NCBI GenBank assembly: GCA_044375275.1
Contig: JBILMZ010000001.1
Span: forward strand, 414 to 64,413
Length of the DNA stretch: 64,000 bases
DNA from: Micropepsaceae bacterium
GTDB lineage: Bacteria; Pseudomonadota; Alphaproteobacteria; Micropepsales; Micropepsaceae
Reading direction: 5' to 3'
Part shown: piece after piece, positions 19,114 through 30,385 of the stretch
How positions within the stretch are numbered: the stretch's first letter is position 1
Layout: each line of letters starts with the position of its first letter
The notes under the pieces: generated by a model
The model's input: only the letters and a program-made list of their open reading frames with translations
Database searches by the model: none
Told to the model about the DNA's origin: nothing
Position numbers and translations under genes: made by a program

Positions 19114-20043
19114 CTACTTCGCGTAGCCCAGGAGGCGGCAGATCTCGTCGAGCTGCTCGAGGGTCTTGTAGCCGACCTTCAGCTCGCCACCCTTTTCACC
19201 ACGATGCGAGATCGCGACGCTGAGGCCAAGCTGCGTTGCGAGTGACTGCTCCAGCGCGCGGGTATCGGCGTCCTTGCCGATGGTTCGCTTCTTCTTGCCC
19301 TTCGCCTTCCGGCCTTTCTCTTCCGCCTCGCGGACATTGAGCCCGCCGGCGATGAGTTCCTCGGCCATGGCTTCCGGATCGGGTTGGCCCACGAGCGTGC
19401 GCGCGTGTCCGGCCGACAGCTTGCCAGAGTAGATGTAGTCCTGGACCGTCTGGGGCAACTGCAGCAGACGGATGGTGTTTGCGATGTGGCTGCGTGAACG
19501 GCCGATCACCTGGCCGAGGGCGTCCTGCGTGTAGCTGAACTTGTCGATCAGCTGACGGTATCCCCTCGCCTCTTCTATCGGGTTCAGGTCGGCGCGCTGG
19601 ATGTTCTCGATCAGTGCGACTTCGAGAGCTTCGGCATCCGTGAAGGCGCGGATGACGACGGGCACTTCGTGCAGGCGTGCCTTCTGGGCCGCCCGCCACC
19701 GGCGCTCACCCGCGACGATCTGATATTCGTCGGGCTGGCCTGGAACCGGCCTCACGATGATGGGCTGGATCACGCCCTTGTCGCGAATTGAGGCCGCGAG
19801 TTCTTCGAGCGCCTCTGGGTCGAAGTGCTCGCGCGGCTGGAACGGATTGGGTCGCAGCAAGGCGATGGGAAGGCTTCGCGGCGCGCGCTGTTCGGCGGAC
19901 GCGCCTGGTGACTGCCCGACTGCGGGCGCGAATTGGGGCGGTGCGTTGCCGCTCGCGGCGAGCACTTCGGATTCGACTTCGCCGAGCAGCGCCGAGAGGC
20001 CGCGGCCCAGTCCCGAGAAGGTGGATTTTTTTGCCTGTGTCAT
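19114..20043 (-). CDS. parB: Chromosome partitioning protein ParB
   Basis: LGRGLSALL, NPFQPREHF, IQPIIVRP....YQIVAGERRWRAA, HTH segment SYTQDALGQVIGRSRSHIANTIRLLQLP. Confidence 0.95.
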   Translation of the reverse strand: MTQAKKSTFSGLGRGLSALLGEVESEVLAASGNAPPQFAPAVGQSPGASAEQRAPRSLPIALLRPNPFQPREHFDPEALEELAASIRDKGVIQPIIVRPVPGQPDEYQIVAGERRWRAAQKARLHEVPVVIRAFTDAEALEVALIENIQRADLNPIEEARGYRQLIDKFSYTQDALGQVIGRSRSHIANTIRLLQLPQTVQDYIYSGKLSAGHARTLVGQPDPEAMAEELIAGGLNVREAEEKGRKAKGKKKRTIGKDADTRALEQSLATQLGLSVAISHRGEKGGELKVGYKTLEQLDEICRLLGYAK

Positions 20044-20936
20044 GCTGCCTTACGGGACTTTTCGCGTTGAATGAGTTCGCCTGCGAGTTTGATGTAGGCC
20101 TGGCTGCCGGCGCTCTTGAGATCGTAAAGCAGAGCCGGAAGCCCGTGACTTGGGGCTTCCGAAATGCGCACGTTCCTTGGAATGATGGTCTGATAGACCT
20201 TTTCGCCGAGGTGCTGACGCACGTCGACAGCGACTTGTTCCGACAAATTGTTACGCTTGTCGTACATGGTTAACACGACCCCCTGGATCTCAAGCGACGG
20301 ATTGAGGCTACCGCGAACCAGATCGATGGTGCGGAGCAGCTGCGACAGTCCCTCGAGTGCGAAGAACTCGCACTGCAACGGCACGAGCAAACCATGCGCT
20401 GCGGTCATCGCATTGATCGTCAGCAGGTTCAGCGACGGCGGACAGTCGATAAGAATATAATCATAATAGGTCAGGCTGTTCACTTCCGTGGCCAGCGCTG
20501 TCGATCCGCTGCGTTCGATCGGTGCCGCGAATTTTTGGGTGTAGCTCTCCAGTGCGTCCCGGAGTCTAAACGAGCGGCGTGGTACGCCGACCAGCTCCAT
20601 TTCGGCGCCCGCGAGTTCGGAGGTTGCCGGCACGACATGCAGTCCGGGAATGGCGGTCGGAACGATCGCTTCCTGAAGCTGGGCGTGGCCGATCAGCACT
20701 TCGTAGATCGACTTGCTGCGCTGATGCTTTGAAATGCCGAGGCCTGTTGATGCGTTGCCCTGGGGGTCGACGTCGATAACGAGGATCGCCTTCCCCACCG
20801 CCGCGAGCGCAGTTCCGAGGTTGATCGCGGTCGTTGTCTTGCCGACGCCACCCTTCTGATTCGCAATCACAATCACGCGCGTCTTTTCAGTCCGCGCCTG
20901 TCTTGGGCTCAAGACGGTTTCTTGGGCTTCCGCCAC
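20040..20936 (-). CDS. parA: Chromosome partitioning ATPase ParA (Soj)
   Basis: Deviant Walker A IANQKGGVGKTTTAINLG. 4-nt overlap with parB. The track N-terminus (to 21467) runs through rsmG and is Arg/Pro-rich junk. The plausible start is GTG 20936, or GTG 20876. Confidence 0.9.
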   Translation of the reverse strand: MAEAQETVLSPRQARTEKTRVIVIANQKGGVGKTTTAINLGTALAAVGKAILVIDVDPQGNASTGLGISKHQRSKSIYEVLIGHAQLQEAIVPTAIPGLHVVPATSELAGAEMELVGVPRRSFRLRDALESYTQKFAAPIERSGSTALATEVNSLTYYDYILIDCPPSLNLLTINAMTAAHGLLVPLQCEFFALEGLSQLLRTIDLVRGSLNPSLEIQGVVLTMYDKRNNLSEQVAVDVRQHLGEKVYQTIIPRNVRISEAPSHGLPALLYDLKSAGSQAYIKLAGELIQREKSRKAA

Positions 20937-21565
20937 GGGGATAATCCTGTCACTCGCAATACTGTTCCCGAGGGGTCCGACCGGCTCGGTATGGAGGCTG
21001 AGTCGAGTGTCCAAGATTTGGTCGCGAGGGTCAATTCGGCCGGGAGTGATTTTCCCTTCAGAAACAATCCGATTGTGCCGTCTCGAAAGAAAGGAAAGGC
21101 GAGGCCGAGGAGCTTGTCGAGGGGGGCCAGAGCCCTCGCGGTAACCACGTCGGCCTTGAGGTCGGGAAGGGTCTCGGCGCGGGCCCAGTGGACCTTGACC
21201 GGTGCCCCTGTCGCAGCCGCCACATCCTCCAAAAACCGGCATTTCTTTTGGATTGACTCGATCAGGTGGACACAAAGCCCGGGCCGGTCGGCGAGCATGA
21301 TTGCGAGGACCATGCCGGGGAATCCTGCCCCGCTTCCGAGGTCGACAATCGTGCGCGCGTCCTCCGGAACCAGAGGCACGAGTTGGGCTGAATCGAGGAT
21401 GTGCCGATGCCACACCTGTGGCAAAGTTGACTCGGCTACCAGATTTAGTTGCTGGTTTCTTTCCCACAGCAAATCCACAAATGTGGATAAGCGACTCACA
21501 GTTTCACGTGCGACTCCCAGCTCTCTGGATAAGTCAAGGGAAGTGTAATCGGAGGTTGTGCTCAC
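20909..21565 (-). CDS. rsmG: 16S rRNA (guanine527-N7)-methyltransferase RsmG (GidB)
   Basis: WHRHILDS..L......VDLGSGAGFPG..LAI motifs. Position between mnmG and parA. Confidence 0.93.
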   Translation of the reverse strand: MSTTSDYTSLDLSRELGVARETVSRLSTFVDLLWERNQQLNLVAESTLPQVWHRHILDSAQLVPLVPEDARTIVDLGSGAGFPGMVLAIMLADRPGLCVHLIESIQKKCRFLEDVAAATGAPVKVHWARAETLPDLKADVVTARALAPLDKLLGLAFPFFRDGTIGLFLKGKSLPAELTLATKSWTLDSASIPSRSDPSGTVLRVTGLSPWRKPKKPS

Positions 21566-21572
21566 TCAGGGC

Positions 21573-23435
21573 TCATGCGGTGTGTCTGGCCCGCATTCTT
21601 ACACTGAGAAGAACGGCCGTGACAGCGGCAGGTGTCATGCCCTCGATCCGGCTGGCCTGGCCCAGGGTCGACGGCCTGATGCGGTTCAGCTTAAGGACCA
21701 GTTCCGTGGAGAGGCCGGCGACCGCAGCGTAGTCCAGGTCCTGCGGCAGGCCGAGAGCTTCTTCCTTCCGGAACGCAGCAATGTCGGCTTCCTGGCGCTC
21801 CAGATAGCCGGCGTAAATCGAGTCTGCTGCCAGTTGTTCCAGGATCGGATCGCTGATGTCCGACAGCTCCGGCCAGAGGCGGAAAACCACTTCCCGGCCG
21901 GCATGGGGGTATGACAGAAGTTCGAGGGCCGAGCGGCGGGCGCCGTCCTGGTTCAGGTTCAGGCCCTGCTTTGCTGCTGCCGAGGGCGTGATGCTGCATT
22001 CCGCCAGACGCGCCCTCGCCCGTTCCAGTTCACCCCGTTTTTTGCCAAAGGCCTCTGCCCGCTTCTGACTCACGCAGCCCAGGTTCACGCCCATTGGCGT
22101 CAGTCTCTGGTCGGCGTTGTCGGCGCGCAGTGTCAGGCGGTATTCGGCCCGGGATGTGAACATCCGGTATGGCTCGGAGACGCCGCGCGTGACGAGGTCG
22201 TCGATCATGACGCCGATGTAGCTGGAGGCCCTGTCGAAGGTCCGGCCCGCCAGCCCGCCAGCCTGCAATGCTGCATTGAGGCCTGCGACGATGCCTTGGG
22301 CGCCAGCCTCCTCGTAGCCTGTCGTGCCGTTGATCTGGCCTGCCAGAAACAGGCCCGGCTGGCGCTTGAGCTCGAGGGTTGGCTGCAGCTCGCGCGGATC
22401 GACGTAATCGTACTCGATGGCATAGCCCGGGCGGATCATCCGGACATTTTCCAGACCCGGAATGGTCTTGAGCAACGCGTCCTGAACGTCTTCGGGCAGC
22501 GAGGTGGAGATGCCGTTCGGGTAGACCGTCGTGTCATCCAGGCCCTCCGGCTCGAGGAAGATCTGGTGGTAGTCCCGGGCCGCGAAACGGACGACCTTGT
22601 CCTCGATCGACGGACAATACCGAGGGCCGACGCCTTCGATCTGGCCGGAGTACATCGGCGCGCGGTGCAGGTTTGCGTTGATAATCGCGTGGGTCGCCGG
22701 CGTCGTCCGGGTGATGCCGCATTCGATCTGGGGGTTCGTGATCCTGTCCGTCAGGAACGAGAACGGGACTGGCGGATCGTCTGCGGGCTGCATTTCGAGC
22801 GAGGCCCAGTTGATGGAAGTTCCATCCAGCCTGGGCGGCGTTCCGGTCTTCAGGCGGCCCAGCTGAAGGCCAAGGCGTTCCAGCGTGAGTGAAAGGCCCA
22901 TGGCCGGCGCCTCGCCGACGCGGCCTGCCGGGATCTTGCGTTCACCAAGATGGATCAGACCCCTCAGGAACGTACCCGTCGTCAGGACAACGGCGCGGCA
23001 GCCGAGTTCGCGGCCGTCGGCCGTGACCACGGCCGTCACCCGCCCATCGACGACCTTGAGGTCTTCTGCCCCCACGGCGATGACCGTCAGGTTGGGATAG
23101 TCCCGGAGCTCTGCCTGCATGTGCTGGCGGTAGAGTTTGCGGTCGGCCTGGGTCCGGGGACCCCGGACCGCCGGCCCCTTGGACCGGTTCAGCATGCGGA
23201 ACTGGATGCCGGCGCGGTCGGCCATCCGGCCCATCAGGCCGTCGAGGGCATCGATTTCCCTGACCAGGTGGCCCTTGCCCAAGCCCCCGAAAGCCGGGTT
23301 GCACGACATCTCGCCGAGCGTCTCGATCTTGTGTGTCACCAGGGCCGTGCGTGCGCCCATGCGTGCCGCCGCCGTCGCTGCTTCACAGCCGGCGTGGCCT
23401 CCTCCAATCACAATGACGTCGAATTGCGTGCTCAT
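21573..23435 (-). CDS. mnmG: tRNA uridine-5-carboxymethylaminomethyl modification enzyme MnmG (GidA)
   Basis: [50 protein letters not shown]. The start was trimmed to ATG 23435 (621 aa). Confidence 0.97.
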   Translation of the reverse strand: MSTQFDVIVIGGGHAGCEAATAAARMGARTALVTHKIETLGEMSCNPAFGGLGKGHLVREIDALDGLMGRMADRAGIQFRMLNRSKGPAVRGPRTQADRKLYRQHMQAELRDYPNLTVIAVGAEDLKVVDGRVTAVVTADGRELGCRAVVLTTGTFLRGLIHLGERKIPAGRVGEAPAMGLSLTLERLGLQLGRLKTGTPPRLDGTSINWASLEMQPADDPPVPFSFLTDRITNPQIECGITRTTPATHAIINANLHRAPMYSGQIEGVGPRYCPSIEDKVVRFAARDYHQIFLEPEGLDDTTVYPNGISTSLPEDVQDALLKTIPGLENVRMIRPGYAIEYDYVDPRELQPTLELKRQPGLFLAGQINGTTGYEEAGAQGIVAGLNAALQAGGLAGRTFDRASSYIGVMIDDLVTRGVSEPYRMFTSRAEYRLTLRADNADQRLTPMGVNLGCVSQKRAEAFGKKRGELERARARLAECSITPSAAAKQGLNLNQDGARRSALELLSYPHAGREVVFRLWPELSDISDPILEQLAADSIYAGYLERQEADIAAFRKEEALGLPQDLDYAAVAGLSTELVLKLNRIRPSTLGQASRIEGMTPAAVTAVLLSVRMRARHTA

Positions 23436-23534
23436 CCTGCCCAGCGGATAGCGCATCTGCCCCAACGGAGTCAAAGTTCCGTGGGCGGATGAATGAACCG
23501 GTGCTTCGGGCAGCCGGAGCTGCGTCCCTCGCCA

Positions 23535-23761
23535 GTTTCATGTGAGTCAGCTTAACTTTTGTGAACGCCAAAGCGCGTTCTCTCGAATAACGGGACACCA
23601 TGATTTCACGTGAATCCACAGATCGTTTCATGTGAGTCAGCTTGACTTCCGGAGCTTCTGCACCTTGCGCGCAGGACAATGCTCAGCACGCTGACGAAAG
23701 ATGCCTGCACGCCTGCCGCCATCGCAGACATGCGCGTTTCATGTGAATCCGCTTAACTTTT
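23535..23761 (+). repeat. Three direct copies of a 26-nt element plus one related half-copy, each with a parS-like core and a GANTC site
   Basis: Copy A 23535-23560 GTTTCATGTGAGTCAGCTTAACTTTT. Copy B 23625-23650 GTTTCATGTGAGTCAGCTTGACTTCC. Copy C 23736-23761 GTTTCATGTGAATCCGCTTAACTTTT. Related half-copy 23602-23617 GATTTCACGTGAATCC. All lie in the 342-bp mnmE-mnmG spacer. Confidence 0.7.
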
Positions 23762-23777
23762 ATGAAGATCGGGGACA

Positions 23778-25151
23778 CTACTTGCCGATGCAGAAGTCGC
23801 GAAAAATGACATCGAGATAGTCTTCGACGTCGATCCTTCCCGTGATGCGACCGAGCTCGCGCGCTGCCAGGCGAAGGTCTTCCGCCAGCAGGTCGTATGC
23901 AGGTTCGTGCGCGGATGCGACGGACAGGAAGCGTTCCAGAAACTGCTCGGATGCCTGTATGGCGGTGCGATGCCGTACCCTTGTCATTGGCATGGATTCA
24001 GAGCCGCCCGCGCGTTCCGCCACCTGATGTTCCAGCCATGCAAGCAGATCCGGAATGCCCTGTCCCGTGCGCGCCGACACGGCGAATACGGCCTGCGCGC
24101 CGGATGGTGAGACGGCCTGCGCTGCTGGTGCCAGATCAACCTTGTTCACGAGCACGGCGTCGTGCGCCTCAAGCTCCAGTGATCCACGTGAATCAAAACC
24201 GTCCCCGTAACTGTCAACGACGGCCAATCTGAGATCCGCATTGCGGGCGCGCATCCGCGTCCTGCGGATGCCTTCGCTTTCGACCTCGTCCTGCGTTTCG
24301 CGCAAGCCGGCCGTATCGATCAGCGTTACGGCGTAACCGCCGAGGTCCAGGCGAACCTCAATGGGATCGCGCGTCGTTCCGGGTACTGAGGAAACAATCG
24401 CCACATCGCGGCTGGCGAGCGCATTCAGCAGCGAGGATTTTCCAACATTCGGCGCGCCGATGATGACGACGTTGAAGCCATCCCGGATGATCTCGCCGCG
24501 ACGCTGGTCCGCGAGATGACTGCGCATCGATGATGCCAGCGCGGTGATCCGGGCGACGACGCCCGGCAGCAGGTCGTCGGGAATATCCTCATCGGCGAAA
24601 TCTATGCAGGCTTCCAGATGGGCGCCGGCCCGAACGAGATCGTACCGCCAGCCCTCATACAGGTCCTTCAGGCGCCCTTCGACCTGGCGTAGTGCCAGCC
24701 GGCGCTGCTGTTCGGTTTCGGCTGCGATCAGGTCCGCGAGGCCTTCGGCTTCGGTCAGGTCGAGGCGCCCGTTGGCAAAGGCCTGGCGCGAAAACTCCCC
24801 GGGTTCGGCTGGCGACAGCCCGCGGATGCCCGCGAGCCTTTCCGTCATCGCCTGAATGATTGCGGGGCCGCCATGAAGCTGGAGTTCGGCGACGTCTTCT
24901 CCGGTGAAGCTGGCCGGGCCCTGAAACCAGAGCACCAGGCCCGTATCGATCGTCGCGCCGTCACTGGCCCTGAGGCTGCGCAAGGCGGCCGTCCTGGCCG
25001 GCGGTACAGGCTTTCCCGTCAACTCCAGGACCGCAGCCGATGCCGCAGGTCCCGATATGCGGAAGACGCAAACGCCGGCCCGTCCACGCGCCGACGACAA
25101 TGCGAAGATGGTCCGGGTCCGCGTCACGGCCTGACGCCCGGACCCGCACAC
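23778..25151 (-). CDS. mnmE: tRNA modification GTPase MnmE (TrmE)
   Basis: TIFALSS..GRAGV.V.R.SGP, G-domain GAPNVGKSSLLNAL, DTAGLRE, C-terminal FCIGK. The exact start is uncertain. Confidence 0.95.
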   Translation of the reverse strand: MCGSGRQAVTRTRTIFALSSARGRAGVCVFRISGPAASAAVLELTGKPVPPARTAALRSLRASDGATIDTGLVLWFQGPASFTGEDVAELQLHGGPAIIQAMTERLAGIRGLSPAEPGEFSRQAFANGRLDLTEAEGLADLIAAETEQQRRLALRQVEGRLKDLYEGWRYDLVRAGAHLEACIDFADEDIPDDLLPGVVARITALASSMRSHLADQRRGEIIRDGFNVVIIGAPNVGKSSLLNALASRDVAIVSSVPGTTRDPIEVRLDLGGYAVTLIDTAGLRETQDEVESEGIRRTRMRARNADLRLAVVDSYGDGFDSRGSLELEAHDAVLVNKVDLAPAAQAVSPSGAQAVFAVSARTGQGIPDLLAWLEHQVAERAGGSESMPMTRVRHRTAIQASEQFLERFLSVASAHEPAYDLLAEDLRLAARELGRITGRIDVEDYLDVIFRDFCIGK

Positions 25152-25166
25152 CCGTTCCAGCGCATG

Positions 25167-25463
25167 CTAGCCCCGCGGCTTGGATTTCGGGGGCTCGGGA
25201 TCCTTGTCCTTGCCGCTGCCCGAACCGGCCTGCGACCAGCTCCCGGCTGCCGCCTTGGCAAAATTCTGGAAGGTTTCCATGCCCTGTGCGCTCCAGGGCG
25301 CCCAGTTCTTGAGGAGCTGCTGCGGATCCGTCAGGGACAGGGCATTCATGACCCGCCTCTGGATTTCGGCCATCACCTCGGCCTGGAGGGGTTCGACGTC
25401 CGGCAGACCCATAAATGCGCGGGCTTCGGCGGGTGTACAATCGACTTCAATTGTGATTTTCAT
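25167..25463 (-). CDS. Small conserved hypothetical protein (98 aa, Lys/Pro-rich tail)
   Basis: MKITIEVDCTPAEARAFMGLPDVEPLQAEVMAEIQRR... Clean ORF immediately upstream of mnmE in the same orientation. No motif recognised. Confidence 0.55.
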   Translation of the reverse strand: MKITIEVDCTPAEARAFMGLPDVEPLQAEVMAEIQRRVMNALSLTDPQQLLKNWAPWSAQGMETFQNFAKAAAGSWSQAGSGSGKDKDPEPPKSKPRG

Positions 25464-25607
25464 CGGGCGACTATCCGGCTTTCTGCTTTGGGTTGTCTGT
25501 CAGAGGTCTTGTCCTAATGACCCTGTGGGCCACCTTAGCGCGGTTGGCAGCCGGATGCAGCACAGCTTTTCATCCTCCGTTTCTTCCTCAGGGAGCTTCG
25601 CAATTCC

Positions 25608-27677
<2,070 letters not shown>

Positions 27678-27721
27678 CCGGACTTCCATCAAAGTCTTGT
27701 AACTGACAGCACAGGTCACGA

Positions 27722-28699
27722 ATGACAGCAGCAGTCCGCTTCGCACAGACCGGAGGGCCAGAGGTCCTCCGTTTCGAACAGGTAGACCTCGGCGCCCCAA
27801 AGGCCGGAGAGGTCCGGGTCGTTCACAAGGCGATCGGGGTCAACTTCATCGACATCTATCATCGATCGGGTCTGTACAAGGTTCCGCTGCCATCAGGGCT
27901 CGGGCTTGAAGCTGCTGGCGTCGTGGATCAGGTCGGACCTGGCGTGGACCGGTTCAAGGCAGGTGATCGCGTTGCGTATGCGTCCGGCCCGATCGGTGCC
28001 TATGCTGAAGCCTCCAATGTGATTGCCGACAGGGCCGTGAAGATTCCCGAAGGCGTCAGCTTCGAGATTGCCGCAGCCATCCTCCTGAAGGGGCTCACGG
28101 CTCACTATCTGCTCCGCAGGACATTCGCCGTGCAACAGGGACAGACCATCCTGTTCCACGCCGCCGCCGGCGGCGTCGGCATGATCGCGGTGCAGTGGGC
28201 CAAGCATCTTGGTGCGACCGTCATCGGTACCGTTGGCAACGAACGCAAGGTCGACTTTGCCCGACGCCTGGGCTGTGACCATGTCATCGTTCCGGGAAGA
28301 GAAAACGTCGCGAACCGCGTGCGTGAGATCACGGGAGGCAAAGGCGTGCCGGTGGCCTATGACTCGATCGGTCGAGACACGTTCATGTCGACGATGGACT
28401 CGATTGCACCGCTGGGCCTGTTCGTCAGCTTCGGGAATGCCAGTGGTCCGGTGCCGCCATTCGACGGTGCGATGCTGGCGCAGAAGGGTTCGCTCTTCTT
28501 CACGCGACCGACGCTTGCGAACTATGTCACGACTGCCCAGGAGCTCGACCAGGGGGCAGGTGAGCTGTTCGACCTCGTGGCGCGCGGCATCATCCGCAAA
28601 AACGAACCACGCCAGTTCCCTCTGTCGCAAGCTGCCGAAGCCCATCGCGCCCTTGAGAGCCGGCAGACCACAGGCTCGCTCGTCCTGATCCCGGGATAG
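27722..28699 (+). CDS. qor: NADPH:quinone oxidoreductase (zeta-crystallin-type MDR)
   Basis: GVNFIDIYHRSGLY..PLPSGLG.EAAGVV, AAAGGVG nucleotide motif, 325 aa. Confidence 0.88.
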   Translation: MTAAVRFAQTGGPEVLRFEQVDLGAPKAGEVRVVHKAIGVNFIDIYHRSGLYKVPLPSGLGLEAAGVVDQVGPGVDRFKAGDRVAYASGPIGAYAEASNVIADRAVKIPEGVSFEIAAAILLKGLTAHYLLRRTFAVQQGQTILFHAAAGGVGMIAVQWAKHLGATVIGTVGNERKVDFARRLGCDHVIVPGRENVANRVREITGGKGVPVAYDSIGRDTFMSTMDSIAPLGLFVSFGNASGPVPPFDGAMLAQKGSLFFTRPTLANYVTTAQELDQGAGELFDLVARGIIRKNEPRQFPLSQAAEAHRALESRQTTGSLVLIPG

Positions 28700-28712
28700 G
28701 GCTCCAACGAAC

Positions 28713-28737
28713 CAGGCCCCTCAAGCGGGCCCTGTTT
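28713..28737 (+). terminator. Possible intrinsic terminator after qor
   Basis: CAGGCCC / GGGC(C)CTG stem with one bulge and a 7-nt loop, followed by TTT. It begins 14 nt after the qor stop. Confidence 0.3.
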
Positions 28738-28844
28738 CGGTGCTTATCGTTGCGAAATCCAGATCGTCGCCAGCCCGGTCGACCCGTCTCTTCCCGATCA
28801 GAGGCTCCCGCTCAGCGGGGGAGGGGAGGGGCTGCTATCATCCT

Positions 28845-29444
28845 TCACTCGGCTGCAGCCGGTTCCTTCCGAAGATAGATCGAGTTCTTCGGTCGGGAAA
28901 ACACGCGACCGATCATCGGCACGAAGGCCTCAAGCGGCATCGACTTGAATGCGGGGTCGAAGGAGTTCTGGTCATAGAGGTGACAGAACTGCGCCGTCGC
29001 CTCGAAATGGGGGTGACCCCTGAACTGGTCGCGCATGTTTCGGTCGAGGCCCAGGAAGTGGAAGAAGTAGTAGCCCTGGAACATCGCGTGCTTCTCGATG
29101 ATCCAGTGGTTCTTCTCGGACACATAGGGGCGTACGATCGATGCCGCGACATCTGCATGGTTCGCAGGCCCGAGTGTGTCGCCGATGTCGTGCACGAGGG
29201 CGCAGACCACGTACTCTTCATCCTGGCCTGCCTGGTGTGCGCGCGTGGCGGTCTGGAGTGAATGCTCGAGGCGATCCACCGGGTAGCCGCCGCAATCGCC
29301 CTTGAGCAGGTTCAGGTGGGACACGATCCGGTTTGGCAGATCCTTCTGGAACGGGGCTGCGTGCCTCACGATCGCCTGCCAGTCGTCCGCCGTGCCTTCC
29401 GCCATCGTCTTGTAGGTGGCGTGTTCCTTGATCTCGTCGGTCAT
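28845..29444 (-). CDS. HD-domain metal-dependent protein (PhnZ/MIOX-like HD oxygenase or phosphohydrolase family)
   Basis: HSLQTATRAHQAG..EEYVVCALVHDIGD...NHADVAA..., an H...HD...H...H ligand pattern. The start was trimmed to ATG 29444. Confidence 0.8.
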   Translation of the reverse strand: MTDEIKEHATYKTMAEGTADDWQAIVRHAAPFQKDLPNRIVSHLNLLKGDCGGYPVDRLEHSLQTATRAHQAGQDEEYVVCALVHDIGDTLGPANHADVAASIVRPYVSEKNHWIIEKHAMFQGYYFFHFLGLDRNMRDQFRGHPHFEATAQFCHLYDQNSFDPAFKSMPLEAFVPMIGRVFSRPKNSIYLRKEPAAAE

Positions 29445-29575
29445 GGCATTGGGTTTCCGTCTTTCGTCCCGGCACACTGCCGCGAGTTCGGGGGAAGGTC
29501 AAATCGCCCTCGTTGACGCCTCGCGAGAACAGGGAAAGACTGCGGCAACAACAAACACTTCCAGGAGGAGTTCGC

Positions 29576-30379
29576 ATGGTGAAGAAGCTTGAGGGGCGCG
29601 TAGCGCTTGTAACGGGCGGCGCCCGGGGTATCGGTGCTGCATCTGCGAACGCGCTGGCTGCCGCCGGCGCGGCCGTGCTCGTCACCGACCTGCTTGATGA
29701 AGACGGGGAGCGTACCGCTGCCGGCATCGTGTCGGCGGGAGGCAAGGCCGGCTATGTGCGTCACGACGTGCGCGACGAGGCTGCCTGGGTCTCCGCCGTC
29801 GGAGAGGCTGAACGGAGATTTGGGGGGCTGGATATCCTGGTCAACAATGCGGGCATCTTCGCGATGAAGCCGATGCTCATGACGACGATCGAGGAGTTCA
29901 GGAACATGCAGGCCATCAATGTCGAGGGTGTGTTCCTCGGCATGAAGACTTCCATCCCGGCTCTGTCGAAACGCAGTGCGCAGTGGGCGGGCGGAGCGGC
30001 CATCATCAACCTCTCGTCGGTCGCCGGCCTTACGGGTGCGGCGTTTGCCGTTCCCTACAATGCATCAAAGGGGGCGGTGCGTCTCATGACGAAGGGCGCC
30101 GCGCTTGAGTGCTCGCAACTTGGCCAGAAGATCCGGGTGAACTCCATTCACCCAGGCGTCATCGACACGATGATGGGGCAGAAGGTCATGGATGAGTTCG
30201 TGGCCGCTGGTGGCGGCTCTGCAAACGAGGTCCGGAACAATGTCATTTCACTGCATCCCCTCGGTCGCCTCGGCGTTGCCGCGGACATTGCAAACGCCGT
30301 CGTGTTCCTTGCCTCAGACGATGCCAGCTTCATCACCGGCACCGAACTGGTCGTCGATGGCGGGCTGACCGCGCGTTAA
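29576..30379 (+). CDS. Short-chain dehydrogenase/reductase (classical SDR)
   Basis: LEGRVALVTGGARGIGAA, NNAGI, YNASKGAV catalytic motif. ATG 29576 is preceded by AGGAGG. Confidence 0.9.
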   Translation: MVKKLEGRVALVTGGARGIGAASANALAAAGAAVLVTDLLDEDGERTAAGIVSAGGKAGYVRHDVRDEAAWVSAVGEAERRFGGLDILVNNAGIFAMKPMLMTTIEEFRNMQAINVEGVFLGMKTSIPALSKRSAQWAGGAAIINLSSVAGLTGAAFAVPYNASKGAVRLMTKGAALECSQLGQKIRVNSIHPGVIDTMMGQKVMDEFVAAGGGSANEVRNNVISLHPLGRLGVAADIANAVVFLASDDASFITGTELVVDGGLTAR

Positions 30380-30385
30380 CGAAGG

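Noticed and set aside
20937-21467. 177-residue N-terminal extension of the parA ORF in the track
   Set aside because: The extension overlaps almost all of rsmG in another frame and is Arg/Pro/Gly-rich. ParA homologues start a few to ~25 residues before the KGGVGKT Walker A, and GTG starts exist at 20936 and 20876.
23551-23565. CtrA-box-like TTAA…TGAAC inside repeat copies A and C
   Set aside because: The spacing is TTAA-N6-TGAAC rather than the required TTAA-N7-TTAAC. The second half-site is imperfect, and copy B lacks the first TTAA.
23383-23679. 98-aa ORF in the mnmE-mnmG spacer with repeated KLTHMK peptide
   Set aside because: The peptide repeat is simply the translation of the 26-nt DNA repeat. 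There is no RBS or coding signature, so I treat it as non-coding.
23535-23761. Could the 26-nt repeats be a mini-CRISPR array?
   Set aside because: There are only three full copies with unequal spacers (64 and 85 nt). A fourth divergent copy sits inside a spacer. There are no cas genes, and the repeats are not the usual 28-37-nt units with uniform spacing.
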